The position numbers were made by a program, and so were the translations under genes. 64,000 bases of DNA from Gammaproteobacteria bacterium (lineage in GTDB: Bacteria; Pseudomonadota; Gammaproteobacteria; GCA-002705445; GCA-002716945), in contig JABIVC010000013.1 of NCBI GenBank assembly GCA_018667355.1, positions 3,296-67,295 on the forward strand, in the 5' to 3' direction. Position 1 is the stretch's first letter; each line of letters starts with the position of its first letter. Of this stretch, positions 42,951 through 53,429 are shown piece by piece. The notes below the pieces were generated by a model that searched no databases, was not told where the DNA came from, and saw only the letters and a program-made list of their open reading frames with translations.

Positions 42951-43781
42951 ATGGAACGATATAAAAAAAGAATCCGACAAGCATTTAATACAAAAGCATC
43001 TACCTATGATCAATACTCAATAGTTCAAAGAGAAGTAGGGAGGAGGATGGTAGAGAGGATAGATTTGTTAAAATCCAAACCATTAAGTATTTTAGATTTA
43101 GGAAGTGGGACGGGATATTTAGCGGAGCTATTATTATTAAAATTTTCAACTTCAAGTATAACTTGCTTAGATTTAGCTGATAATATGTTATTAGAATGTA
43201 AGAAGAAAAACCCAAACCTTCATTTAATTATATCTGATATTGAAAACATGCCTTTCAAGCCAGCTTCTTTTGATTTAATAATATCGAGCTTTACTCTTCA
43301 TTGGTGCGAGGAAATAGAAAAAATATTTTTTGATGTTAGGAAGCTTTTGAAAAATAATGGGGTATTCATGTTTACAACAGTAGGCCCCAATACTTTAAGG
43401 GAATTACAGGATGCTTATAAAGACATTGACGTCGAACAACACATTAATTCTTTTACTGATATGCATTTGTATGGGGACTCTCTTTTGAAATGCGGATTTG
43501 ATGATCCGGTTATGGATTCAGAGGAAATAATAGTGGAATACAAAAATTTTAAGGGTGTCCTTGATTCCCTTAAGAAAACTGGCGCAAATACTGTTATAGG
43601 CCAAAAGCCTAGATATTTAAATAAGGAGACTTTTAAAAGATTATCTGATAAATATCCTAGAAATAAGGATAATGGCAGTTTTCCAGTAACATATGAAATG
43701 ATTTATGGCATGTCGTGGAATAGGATAAAAACAGATATTGACTGTAGTCAAGACAAGGTTATTCCTATTAAAAAGATTTGA
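42951..43781 (+). CDS. bioC: Malonyl-ACP O-methyltransferase
   Basis: F...A.TYD....QREV, LDLGSGTG, GP.TL.EL, F.DMH..GD.L...GF.DPVMD. Confidence 0.9.
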   Translation: MERYKKRIRQAFNTKASTYDQYSIVQREVGRRMVERIDLLKSKPLSILDLGSGTGYLAELLLLKFSTSSITCLDLADNMLLECKKKNPNLHLIISDIENMPFKPASFDLIISSFTLHWCEEIEKIFFDVRKLLKNNGVFMFTTVGPNTLRELQDAYKDIDVEQHINSFTDMHLYGDSLLKCGFDDPVMDSEEIIVEYKNFKGVLDSLKKTGANTVIGQKPRYLNKETFKRLSDKYPRNKDNGSFPVTYEMIYGMSWNRIKTDIDCSQDKVIPIKKI

Positions 43782-43854
43782 TTTTTATTAAATTAGAAAT
43801 TCCATAAATACTAATATTTTGTTATGATGAAGCTCATTAAATAAAGGATGATTA

Positions 43855-44649
43855 ATGAGAATATCTAATATTTTATTAATGGTTATTTTCCCGACTACAG
43901 CTTTAGCTGAATGGGAAACAAATATGCCACGTGGAGTGACTCCTACAAGTGAGGTTGCATATGATTTGCATATGCTAATTTTTTATATAACTGTAGTTAT
44001 CGGCATACTTGTATTTAGCGCAATGCTATATTCCATAATATATCACCGTAAATCTTTAGGTCATGAGCCCGCTAAATTCCATGAAAGCACCAAAGTTGAG
44101 ATTATATGGACTGTTATCCCATTCATCATATTAGTTGGAATGGCTATACCCGCAACTAAAGCGCTAATAATGATGGAAGATACTAGAGATTCTGAAATTA
44201 CCGTCAAAGTAACCGGATATCAGTGGATGTGGCAATACGAATATCTAGAAGATGATGTTAGTTTCTTTAGTAAAATTGATAATGAGAGCAATGTTGCCAG
44301 AAGATTAGGCTCTAATGTTGATGTAAAAAAGGTTAAAAATTATTTACGTAATGTAGACAATGCTGTTGTCTTGCCTACCAATACTAAAGTGCGAATACTT
44401 TTGACTGCTAATGATGTAATACATGCTTGGTGGGTCCCTGAATTGGGAGGAAAAAAAGATGCTATACCAGGTTTTGTAAATGAGCTTTGGGTAGACATTA
44501 AGGAGCCTGGCACATATAGAGGTCAATGTGCTGAATTATGTGGCAAAGATCATGGATTTATGCCAATTGTCGTACATGCAGTTTCTAAACCAGAATATTA
44601 TAAATGGGTCGGCATCCAAAAAACTAATAAAGTTGCTAAGAATAAATAA
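43855..44649 (+). CDS. coxB: Cytochrome c oxidase subunit II
   Basis: EIIWTVIP, TGYQWMW.YEY, DVIHAWWVP, CuA motif CAELCGKDHGFM. Confidence 0.97.
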   Translation: MRISNILLMVIFPTTALAEWETNMPRGVTPTSEVAYDLHMLIFYITVVIGILVFSAMLYSIIYHRKSLGHEPAKFHESTKVEIIWTVIPFIILVGMAIPATKALIMMEDTRDSEITVKVTGYQWMWQYEYLEDDVSFFSKIDNESNVARRLGSNVDVKKVKNYLRNVDNAVVLPTNTKVRILLTANDVIHAWWVPELGGKKDAIPGFVNELWVDIKEPGTYRGQCAELCGKDHGFMPIVVHAVSKPEYYKWVGIQKTNKVAKNK

Positions 44650-44661
44650 ACGGAAAATTTT

Positions 44662-46239
44662 ATGAGTACTAATATAGATAAATTACATGATGATCATCAC
44701 CATACACCATCAGGAATAATGAGATGGATAACAACAACTAATCATAAAGATATAGGTAGTATGTATTTATGGTTTAGTTTAATTATGTTTTTTGTAGGTG
44801 GTTTAATGGCCTTAGTGATTAGAGCTGAATTATTTCAGCCAGGACTACAATTAGTTGTACCAGGATTTTTTAATCAGATGACGACTATGCATGCACTGGT
44901 TATGATATTTGGTGCTGTGATGCCTGCATTTGTTGGGTTAGCAAATTGGCAATTACCAATTATGATTGGTGCTCCTGACATGGCCTTACCAAGACTAAAC
45001 AACTGGAGTTTTTGGATATTACCTTTTGCGTTTACAATGATGCTCAGCACTTTATTTTTTGGAAGTGGTGGCCCAGCAGCCGGCTGGACATTGTACCCAC
45101 CATTGTCACTACAGGGCGGTGATTCATTTCCGTTCACAATTTTGTCTATACACATGCTTGGACTGTCATCAATATTAGGAGCAATAAATGTCATTGCAAC
45201 AATACTTAATATGAGAGCGCCAGGTATGACATTAATGAAAATGCCTATATTTGTCTGGACATGGTTAATTACAGCTTTCTTACTAATTGCGTCAATGCCA
45301 GTATTAGCGGGTGCTGTAACAATGTTACTAACTGATAAGTTTTTTGGAACAATGTTCTTCACAGCATCAGGTGGTGGTGACCCCGCAATGTTTCAGCATA
45401 TTTTTTGGTTTTTTGGCCACCCTGAAGTATATATTTTAATATTACCTGCATTCGGTATAGTATCTACAATAATCCCTGCTTTTTCTAGAAAGAGATTATT
45501 CGGTTATGATTCTATGGTTTATGCAACAGCATCTATCGCTTTGTTGTCATTTATTGTCTGGGCGCATCATATGTTTACTGTTGGTATGCCACTTGCAGGT
45601 GAAATATTTTTTATGTTTACAACAATGTTGATTGCTATACCTACGGGAGTAAAAGTATTTAATTGGGTTGCTACCATGTGGAAAGGATCAATGACTTTTG
45701 AAACGCCAATGCTATTTGCGTTAGCGTTTATTGTTCTGTTTACAATAGGTGGTTTTTCAGGATTAATGTTAGCAATGGTACCAGCTGATTTCCAATATCA
45801 TGATACGTATTTTGTAGTAGCACATTTCCATTATGTCTTAGTGCCTGGAGCAGTTTTTGCAATAATGGCAGCAGTATATTATTGGTTGCCCAAGTGGACT
45901 GGAAAAATGTATAACGAAGGACTAGGTAAATTACATTTTTGGCTGACCACAATATTTGTAAATTTAACTTTTTTCCCTATGCATTTTGTTGGCTTAGCCG
46001 GAATGCCAAGAAGAATCCCAGATTATGCAGTTCAATTCGCAGATTTTAATGCAATCGCATCTGTGGGAGCATTTGGCTTTGGGTTATCGCAACTACTTTT
46101 TGTTTATATTTTATTTAATACACTCAAAAAGGATGTAACTGCAGAAGATAAAGTTTGGGAAGGTGCTGAAGGATTAGAGTGGACTCTACCATCTCCTCCT
46201 CCTTATCATTCGTTTGAAGAAGCACCTAAAGTTGACTAA
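44662..46239 (+). CDS. coxA: Cytochrome c oxidase subunit I (aa3, type A1)
   Basis: [36 protein letters not shown]. Confidence 0.98.
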   Translation: MSTNIDKLHDDHHHTPSGIMRWITTTNHKDIGSMYLWFSLIMFFVGGLMALVIRAELFQPGLQLVVPGFFNQMTTMHALVMIFGAVMPAFVGLANWQLPIMIGAPDMALPRLNNWSFWILPFAFTMMLSTLFFGSGGPAAGWTLYPPLSLQGGDSFPFTILSIHMLGLSSILGAINVIATILNMRAPGMTLMKMPIFVWTWLITAFLLIASMPVLAGAVTMLLTDKFFGTMFFTASGGGDPAMFQHIFWFFGHPEVYILILPAFGIVSTIIPAFSRKRLFGYDSMVYATASIALLSFIVWAHHMFTVGMPLAGEIFFMFTTMLIAIPTGVKVFNWVATMWKGSMTFETPMLFALAFIVLFTIGGFSGLMLAMVPADFQYHDTYFVVAHFHYVLVPGAVFAIMAAVYYWLPKWTGKMYNEGLGKLHFWLTTIFVNLTFFPMHFVGLAGMPRRIPDYAVQFADFNAIASVGAFGFGLSQLLFVYILFNTLKKDVTAEDKVWEGAEGLEWTLPSPPPYHSFEEAPKVD

Positions 46240-46766
46240 TGAGTAATTTTAAAAAAACATACTTTTCTTTAATATTTTTTACTATATTCATGTTTTCATT
46301 TTCATATATGCTTGTGCCTTTATATGATATTTTTTGTGAAATAACAGGTTTGAATGGTAAGACTAACCAAACAAAAGTAATAGCAGTCAATGAAAATCCC
46401 GTTGAAAGATTTGTAACAGTCAAATTCACATCTACAGTTGCTAACTCTGCACCATTTACTTTTGAACCTATAGACAGGGAAATGATTGTTCAGGTTGGTA
46501 AAATAAATAACACATTTTATACATTAACAAATAATACTAAAACAATTAAACATGCAACTGCAAGCCCGAGTGTAGTTCCGCATGAAGACGCAGAGTATTT
46601 TAAAAAAATTGAATGTTTCTGTTTCAGTCAGCAACAAATAAATGGATTGGAAACTAAGGAGTTACCACTTCAGTTTATAATTGACAATGAATTACCTAAT
46701 GATACAAGAACATTGATACTGTCTTATACAATGTTTAATACCACAGACCAATTAGGTTCTAACTAA
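46239..46766 (+). CDS. ctaG: Cytochrome c oxidase assembly copper chaperone CtaG/Cox11
   Basis: VPLYDIFCEITGLNG, YFKKIECFCF. Confidence 0.93.
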   Translation: MSNFKKTYFSLIFFTIFMFSFSYMLVPLYDIFCEITGLNGKTNQTKVIAVNENPVERFVTVKFTSTVANSAPFTFEPIDREMIVQVGKINNTFYTLTNNTKTIKHATASPSVVPHEDAEYFKKIECFCFSQQQINGLETKELPLQFIIDNELPNDTRTLILSYTMFNTTDQLGSN

Positions 46767-46778
46767 GGAGAATAATAT

Positions 46779-47642
46779 ATGAGCGGATCTAATAGTTATT
46801 ATGTACCACATGAATCAAGTTGGCCCTTTTTAACAACAATTTCAATTATAGTATTATTTATTGGCGGAGCTAATTATATGAATGGGTATGCTTCAGGTAC
46901 ATCTGTCATGCTTTTGGGACTAGCTTTTTTATTTATAGTAACTTATGGTTGGTTTTCTACAGTCATTAGGGAGAGTGAGGCTGGAATCTATAACTCACAG
47001 GTTGATATATCATTTCGCTGGGGAATGGTCTGGTTCATTTTCTCTGAAGTTATGTTCTTCTCGGCTTTTTTTGGAGCTCTTTATTATGCAAGAGAATTAT
47101 CTTTACCATGGTTAGGGGGAGAAGGCGCAAAGGCAGCTACTAATATATTCTTATGGCCACAATTTGAAAATGTATGGCCATCTAATGGTCCAACAAATGC
47201 TAATGGAGAGTTTACTTTAGTTAAAGCTGGTGGAATACCGGCACTTAACACAATTTTACTTCTAACTAGTGGGTTGACTGTGACTTGGGCACATCATGGA
47301 TTAAAAGAACAAAATAGAAAAAAATTAATCTATGGTCTTATAATGACTGTGTTGTTAGGGTTTATTTTTGTTGGTTTTCAAGCATATGAGTATATGCATG
47401 CATATTCAGACTTAAATTTAAAAATGACATCAGGTATTTATGGGTCAACATTCTATATGTTGACTGGTTTCCATGGCTTCCATGTAACATTAGGAGCAGT
47501 CATGCTAACTGTTATATTATTTAGATGTATAAACGGTCATTTCTCTGGTGATAATCACTTTGGTTTCGAAGCTGTAGCATGGTATTGGCACTTTGTTGAT
47601 GTAGTGTGGCTAGGACTTTTTGTATTTGTATATTGGCTCTAA
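46779..47642 (+). CDS. coxC: Cytochrome c oxidase subunit III
   Basis: FIFSEVMFF, TGFHGFHV, WYWHFVDVVW. Confidence 0.96.
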   Translation: MSGSNSYYVPHESSWPFLTTISIIVLFIGGANYMNGYASGTSVMLLGLAFLFIVTYGWFSTVIRESEAGIYNSQVDISFRWGMVWFIFSEVMFFSAFFGALYYARELSLPWLGGEGAKAATNIFLWPQFENVWPSNGPTNANGEFTLVKAGGIPALNTILLLTSGLTVTWAHHGLKEQNRKKLIYGLIMTVLLGFIFVGFQAYEYMHAYSDLNLKMTSGIYGSTFYMLTGFHGFHVTLGAVMLTVILFRCINGHFSGDNHFGFEAVAWYWHFVDVVWLGLFVFVYWL

Positions 47643-47643
47643 G

Positions 47644-47841
47644 TCAGATTCCGTGGGGTTTTATTAAATCTAAATAATACCCTATTATTAACATAGTAAA
47701 TAACAACACAGAGAGAATAACCCTAGTCCTCAATGAACTAAAACCACGCGTAGATGGTTTCTTGTCCTTAATAATATAAAAAAAACCTGCTGTAAGATTA
47801 TAAATGATTAGCGCTAGTAATATTAATATTATATATTTCAT
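47644..47841 (-). CDS. Small twin-transmembrane protein (DUF2909-like)
   Basis: Two TM helices, L..RV.LS..LF, C-terminal I.PHG; typical opposite-strand position between coxC and surf1. Confidence 0.75.
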   Translation of the reverse strand: MKYIILILLALIIYNLTAGFFYIIKDKKPSTRGFSSLRTRVILSVLLFTMLIIGYYLDLIKPHGI

Positions 47842-47883
47842 TTTAGATAGAAAAACTATATGTATTTAGCATACAAAAAATAA

Positions 47884-48570
47884 ATGACTAAAACTATTAA
47901 ATTATTATTTTTTTTACCACTAATCATGATTTGCGTCTTCTTGGGTTTTTGGCAAATAGATAGAGGTAATGAGAAGCAGGTAATATATACTGCTTTTACA
48001 GATAAGTTAAAAAATTCTCCTATTGATTATAAGTACTTGGAAGAATATCCTGATCAGTTTACCCGAACTATAATAAATGGCAGGTATATTACCGACAAGC
48101 AATTCCTGCTTGATAATAAAGTTTTTGAAAAAAGAGCTGGCTATGAAGTAATTACTCCTTTAGTAGTTAATGAAAAAATTATCTTAATCAATAGAGGATG
48201 GCTTTATAATAATTCAAGACAGTTTTTACCAAACATATCAATTAAAAGCACAACGGAGTCTATCGCAGGATATGTTTATTATTATAATGATAACTTTTAT
48301 GATTTAGCTGATGATAGCTATACATCATCATGGCCATTAATAATACAAAACATTGAGATTCAAAAAATAGCTGAACTGCTACAGATGGATGTAGAGCCAT
48401 ATGTTATAATAATGAATCAAAAACAAGTTAACTCTTATGATATTCAGAATATTATTAGTGAGAATCCAGAGCTCAAGCACTACATGTATGCTGGACAGTG
48501 GTTTCTGTTTTCGATTATAGGTTTTATTTTTATGGTAATTTTAATGAGGAAGGAAAATTCTAATGAATAG
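47884..48570 (+). CDS. SURF1 family protein
   Basis: LGFWQIDRG.EK, LLDN, GYEVITP, INRGW, HYMYAGQWF. Confidence 0.92.
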   Translation: MTKTIKLLFFLPLIMICVFLGFWQIDRGNEKQVIYTAFTDKLKNSPIDYKYLEEYPDQFTRTIINGRYITDKQFLLDNKVFEKRAGYEVITPLVVNEKIILINRGWLYNNSRQFLPNISIKSTTESIAGYVYYYNDNFYDLADDSYTSSWPLIIQNIEIQKIAELLQMDVEPYVIIMNQKQVNSYDIQNIISENPELKHYMYAGQWFLFSIIGFIFMVILMRKENSNE

Positions 48571-49126
48571 AGGCCAGCTTAAACTAACAATTATAGTATC
48601 AATTTTTATTTTACCGTTCATTATTTCTTATCTTATGCTGGATGACTATTCCCCTGGCAAAGACTATGCGACAACTAATTATGGTGATTTAATTATCCCA
48701 ATGGTTAATATTAGTGATGTCAATATAATAGTTGATAATAAAACTCTACCAAATGGAAAATGGCTTTTACTTTATTATTCAAACACTAAATGCGATAAAG
48801 AGTGCTTCGAAAGCATATATTTAATGCGACAGGTTAATACTGCATTAGGAAAAGATATGGATAGATTAAAAAGGATTTTCTTATCTAATAATTTGTTAAG
48901 TAACTCTGTGAAGACTAATTTATTAGAAAATTATCCAGACCTTCTTATTATAAAAAATAAACCTAATAAAATTCATGTTTTGATTAAAGAAGTATCTAAT
49001 AATAAAAATGCAGTTTTATTAATTGATCCACTCGGTAATGTTATACTTAGGTATGATAATAATTTTGATGGAAAAAAACTCCTTAAAGATATAAAAAAAT
49101 TATTTAAACTTTCACGAGTAGGGTAA
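48563..49126 (+). CDS. Conserved membrane-anchored thioredoxin-like protein of the cox operon
   Basis: TNYGDLI, GKWLL, CDKEC, LIDPLGNVILRY, DIKKL.KLS. Confidence 0.7.
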   Translation: MNRGQLKLTIIVSIFILPFIISYLMLDDYSPGKDYATTNYGDLIIPMVNISDVNIIVDNKTLPNGKWLLLYYSNTKCDKECFESIYLMRQVNTALGKDMDRLKRIFLSNNLLSNSVKTNLLENYPDLLIIKNKPNKIHVLIKEVSNNKNAVLLIDPLGNVILRYDNNFDGKKLLKDIKKLFKLSRVG

Positions 49127-49128
49127 TT

Positions 49129-50127
49129 ATGTCTCTAGATACTTTGAGAAATATATGCTTCTTTGGCGCGCTATATATACTAGTTGTAATATCGGTAGGG
49201 GCTTGGGTTAGATTAACTGATGCAGGTCTTGGTTGCCCAGACTGGCCCGGTTGTTATGGTATTTTAGGAACCCCTGAGACTGATACTGAAATTATGAAAG
49301 CCAAAGAGTTATATCCTGACGCTTCCATTGATACTGGCAAAGCATGGCGTGAGATGTTTCATAGATATCTCGCCGGAATCTTAGGTATCTTTGTGTTTTA
49401 CATATCATATCTCACAATTAGATATGCTAAACATGTATCAATAATATTTCCAATTGCCTTATCCACTCTTATTATTATACAGTCAATCATGGGCATGTTA
49501 ACTGTGACTGAGTTAGTTAAGCCAACAATAGTTACAACTCATTTAGTACTTGGTATGTCCACAGCAACATTATTATTATGGAATGGGTTACTAATACAAG
49601 GCAGTAAATTCTTAGCTTTAATTGATAAGAAGTTAATTATTTTATTAATATTATGTATAACTGGGTTAGTGATACAAATTATTTTAGGAGGTTGGACAAG
49701 CACAAATTATGCTTCACTAGCTTGTACTGATTTTCCTAAATGTGATAATTCATGGTGGCCATCTAATATGGATTATCAAAAGGGGTTTACTGTTTTTAAT
49801 CTACCAGATATTAATTATGAGTTAGCACCATTAGCATATAATGCGAAGGTAGCTATTCATTTTACACATCGTTTTGGGGCACTATTATTAACAGCATTAT
49901 ATTTATACCTATTTGCGTATATATTCTTTAAACAATCAAATACTACTATCAAGCTAATAAGCATAATAGCGCTACTAGTTTTTGTTTTACAAATTATCCT
50001 TGGAATCAGTAATGTTATATATAGCCTTCCAATTAATATTGCTGTACTGCATACAGTCAATGCCTCAATACTTCTAATGAGCATGATAACACTGTTATAT
50101 TATTCGACATATCATCCACAAAGGTGA
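49129..50127 (+). CDS. ctaA: Heme A synthase (COX15/CtaA)
   Basis: VRLTDAGLGCPDWPGCYG, EMFHRY, ACTDFPKC, IHFTHR. Confidence 0.93.
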   Translation: MSLDTLRNICFFGALYILVVISVGAWVRLTDAGLGCPDWPGCYGILGTPETDTEIMKAKELYPDASIDTGKAWREMFHRYLAGILGIFVFYISYLTIRYAKHVSIIFPIALSTLIIIQSIMGMLTVTELVKPTIVTTHLVLGMSTATLLLWNGLLIQGSKFLALIDKKLIILLILCITGLVIQIILGGWTSTNYASLACTDFPKCDNSWWPSNMDYQKGFTVFNLPDINYELAPLAYNAKVAIHFTHRFGALLLTALYLYLFAYIFFKQSNTTIKLISIIALLVFVLQIILGISNVIYSLPINIAVLHTVNASILLMSMITLLYYSTYHPQR

Positions 50128-50139
50128 TAAAATCTACTC

Positions 50140-51048
50140 ATGCGAAATTCATCAACATATACCCAGAATAGCTTTTTAAGTATATTACGAGAATTCATTA
50201 CTCTCACAAAACCTAGAGTCAATTTACTGATAATGTTCACAGCTATAGTTGGAATGTTATTAGCACATCAAAATAATCTGAATTATGAGTTGATAATATT
50301 TGCGAGCTTAGGCATAGGGTTGGCAGCCTCAGCAGCTGCTATAATTAATCATGTTGTTGATCAGAAGATTGACTCCATCATGGATAGAACAAAATCTCGC
50401 CCCTTAGTAAACGGATCTATAAAGCCGCTACATGCAATATATTTTGCTCTATTTTTATCTGTAACATCAATAACAATGTTATATATGTTTGTTAACACTT
50501 TAACTGCATTATTAACATTGTTATCAATCATTATATATTCTGTAATATATTCTGTTTATCTAAAAAATTTAACATCACAGAATATTGTAATTGGTGGAAT
50601 TGCTGGAGCTATGCCGCCATTACTTGGCTGGACGTCCATTACTAATCAAATTGAGCCATTTCCATTAGTTCTTTTCTTAATTATTTTTTTATGGACCCCA
50701 CCACATTTTTGGGCATTGGCGGTATATAAATATGAAGATTATAAAAAAGCAGATATACCAATGTTGCCAGTAACACATGGTAAAGATTTTGCAAGATTGC
50801 ATATATTCTTATACTCAATACTTCTTTTTTGTATCACATTATTTCCATATATTTTAGGTTTATCAGGTTTTATATATTTGACTGGTATTGTCTTAATTGG
50901 CCTCAAGTTTGTCATAGACTCTTACATTCTAATGACCAGCAAGTCTCACTCACAAGCTATTGCGCTATTTAAATATTCAATAACTTATCTTGCAATTCTT
51001 TTCGCACTATTACTCTTTGATCATTTTTGGTATTTATCTGCAGGCTAG
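50140..51048 (+). CDS. cyoE: Protoheme IX farnesyltransferase (heme O synthase)
   Basis: LTKPRV, D..MDRT..RPL, QNIVIGG.AGA.PPLLGW, WTPPHFWALA. Confidence 0.95.
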   Translation: MRNSSTYTQNSFLSILREFITLTKPRVNLLIMFTAIVGMLLAHQNNLNYELIIFASLGIGLAASAAAIINHVVDQKIDSIMDRTKSRPLVNGSIKPLHAIYFALFLSVTSITMLYMFVNTLTALLTLLSIIIYSVIYSVYLKNLTSQNIVIGGIAGAMPPLLGWTSITNQIEPFPLVLFLIIFLWTPPHFWALAVYKYEDYKKADIPMLPVTHGKDFARLHIFLYSILLFCITLFPYILGLSGFIYLTGIVLIGLKFVIDSYILMTSKSHSQAIALFKYSITYLAILFALLLFDHFWYLSAG

Positions 51049-51055
51049 ATTTAGC

Positions 51056-51916
51056 TCAAGCTAATAAGATAGTATCTTTTAGAAGACTAAGGGATTTACT
51101 TTCAATCTGTCTAATTCGTTCTTTTGATATGTTATACTTTTTAGACAAATCATTTAAAGTACTTTTGTTATCCAATAGATAACGCTGACTTATTATATCT
51201 TTGCTTCTGTCATCAAGTTTAGACATAGCATTTTCTAATCTATGAAGACTATCAGAACACTCAGTTTCATATTCTAGTTTTTCAAGCGGATTTAAATCAT
51301 TATTACTCATATATGTGGCTGGGGATATTTCATCATCATCAGATGGATCGAATGACACATCTTTCCCACTTAACCTAGATTCCATTTGTGTCACAGTTTC
51401 TGGTTTTACATCTAACTCGTTGGCAATATCTTTTTTTTCAGTCTCTGTTAACCAAGATGTATGAGTTTTTTTGCTTTTTAGTTTAAAAAATAATTTTCGC
51501 TGAGCTTTTGTTGTTGCAACTTTCACCATTCTCCAGTTTTTAATTACAAACTCATGTATTTCCGCTCTAATCCAATAAATCGCAAAAGACAGCAGTCTAA
51601 CTTTTTTATCTGGGTCAAATCTCTTTACAGCTTTCATTAGACCAATATTTCCTTCTTGTATTAAATCTAGAAGTGGTAATCCGTATCCTTTATATGTCTT
51701 AGCGACATGAACAACAAACCTCAGATGTGCTAAGACTAATTTTCTTGCTGCATCTAGATCATCAGATGAATTTAGTTTCTTAAACAAAGATATTTCTTCC
51801 TCTCTTGATAGCAGAGGTGTTTTTCTTAACTGGTTAAGATAAATATCTAAAGAATCACCAGACTCTAGGCCTAATGACAGTTCAGCTGGCAAATTTTCCA
51901 TAAGTATATTACTCAT
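51056..51916 (-). CDS. rpoH: RNA polymerase sigma-32 factor
   Basis: DLIQEGNIGLMKAVKRFDP, RpoH box KVATTKAQRKLFF, SKERIRQIE. Confidence 0.95.
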   Translation of the reverse strand: MSNILMENLPAELSLGLESGDSLDIYLNQLRKTPLLSREEEISLFKKLNSSDDLDAARKLVLAHLRFVVHVAKTYKGYGLPLLDLIQEGNIGLMKAVKRFDPDKKVRLLSFAIYWIRAEIHEFVIKNWRMVKVATTKAQRKLFFKLKSKKTHTSWLTETEKKDIANELDVKPETVTQMESRLSGKDVSFDPSDDDEISPATYMSNNDLNPLEKLEYETECSDSLHRLENAMSKLDDRSKDIISQRYLLDNKSTLNDLSKKYNISKERIRQIESKSLSLLKDTILLA

Positions 51917-52088
51917 AAGTATTCTTCCTACAAGCTAATTATAATGGCTAATTTAAGGTATTCAAGGTTATAAAGTATGTTTTTAGCTATATTTCTTAAT
52001 ATTCTAAGCTATTTATCAATATATATGTCAATTAAACCCTAATTAAAAAGGATATTATGTATGTATAATTTTTTGTTATAATCTTATT

Positions 52089-53429
52089 GTGAAATATAAT
52101 ATCGTCAAATTATTCTTTTTCAATACCATTTTTTTAATGGGTATAATGCCATCCTTAGTAGAATCTAATATGAGTTTTTCTGACAGGATAGAGGAATATA
52201 CTCTAGATAATGGATTAAAAGTAATACTGATTGAGGACAATAGAAGTCCAACAGTAGTTTCTAGTATTTGGTATAAAGTTGGATCGAGTTATGAGTATAA
52301 AGGTATCTCTGGTATTTCTCATGTCTTAGAACATATGATGTTCAAAGGTACAAAGAATACTTCCCCAGGTGAATTTTCAAAAAAAATTAAAGAGGTAGGG
52401 GGATCAGAAAATGCATTTACAGGAAGAGATTTTACAGGATATTATCAAAAGGTACATAAAGATTATTTAGAGCTATCCTTAAAGCTTGAGTCGGATCGTA
52501 TGACTAATCTAATCTTTATTGAAGAAGAGTTTAAAAAAGAAGTTGATGTGGTTAAAGAAGAAAGAAGACTTAGAACAGATGATAAGCCTGTTTCAAAAGT
52601 TTTTGAAAAAATAGGATTACAAGCATATGGTATGAATGGTTATGGTATACCAATTATTGGGTCAATGAGAGATTTAGATAATATTACAATTAATGATTTA
52701 AAAAAATGGTATACAAACTTTTATACTCCTAACAATGCAACTCTCATACTTGCTGGCAGCTTTGATTCAGCTAATGCAAAATATTTAATTAAAAAATATT
52801 ATGGAAGTTATAAAGGAAGCAAGGTACTGGATTATTCGCAAGCTGATAATCATGAAACATCATTCAATCCTATATCAGTTGAAGATAAAGTATCTGAACC
52901 TGTAATTTTACTATCATTTAAAAGTCAGTCTTTTAGTCTCAATGTTAAAAAAAAATTATATGCAATGGAGATACTTTTAGAATTAATGGATGGGGGTCTA
53001 TCTTCAAGGTTCACTAAAAACTTAATAGATAACGACAGAATTGCCTTAAATACGTTCATATCCTACGATTCATATTCAAGAAAGAGTGGCCTCATAACTC
53101 TTGGTGGCTCTCCTAGAAAAGGGGTATCTCCGGAGTATTTAAAAACTGCTCTTCTAAATCAATTTTCTGAATTTATAGAAGGTGGTCTACAAGGGAGTGA
53201 GTTGTCAGATACAAAGTCTCGATTATTAGCCAATAAGATTTATGAGTTTGATTCAGTATTTTATCAAGCTATGAAAGTTGGTATGTTAGAAGCAAAAAAT
53301 TTTGACTGGCGTTTATTAGATGAATATATCAATGATATTAATTCCATAACAGAAGATGATTTAATTGATGCAGCTGAAATAATAATTAGCAGTGATTATA
53401 TCTACTCTTTGATTGAGCCTACGTCATGA
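52089..53429 (+). CDS. M16 family zinc peptidase, catalytic subunit
   Basis: LDNGL, WYKVGS, inverted zinc motif HVLEHMMFKGT, ENAFT, EERRLR; GTG start. Confidence 0.92.
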   Translation: MKYNIVKLFFFNTIFLMGIMPSLVESNMSFSDRIEEYTLDNGLKVILIEDNRSPTVVSSIWYKVGSSYEYKGISGISHVLEHMMFKGTKNTSPGEFSKKIKEVGGSENAFTGRDFTGYYQKVHKDYLELSLKLESDRMTNLIFIEEEFKKEVDVVKEERRLRTDDKPVSKVFEKIGLQAYGMNGYGIPIIGSMRDLDNITINDLKKWYTNFYTPNNATLILAGSFDSANAKYLIKKYYGSYKGSKVLDYSQADNHETSFNPISVEDKVSEPVILLSFKSQSFSLNVKKKLYAMEILLELMDGGLSSRFTKNLIDNDRIALNTFISYDSYSRKSGLITLGGSPRKGVSPEYLKTALLNQFSEFIEGGLQGSELSDTKSRLLANKIYEFDSVFYQAMKVGMLEAKNFDWRLLDEYINDINSITEDDLIDAAEIIISSDYIYSLIEPTS

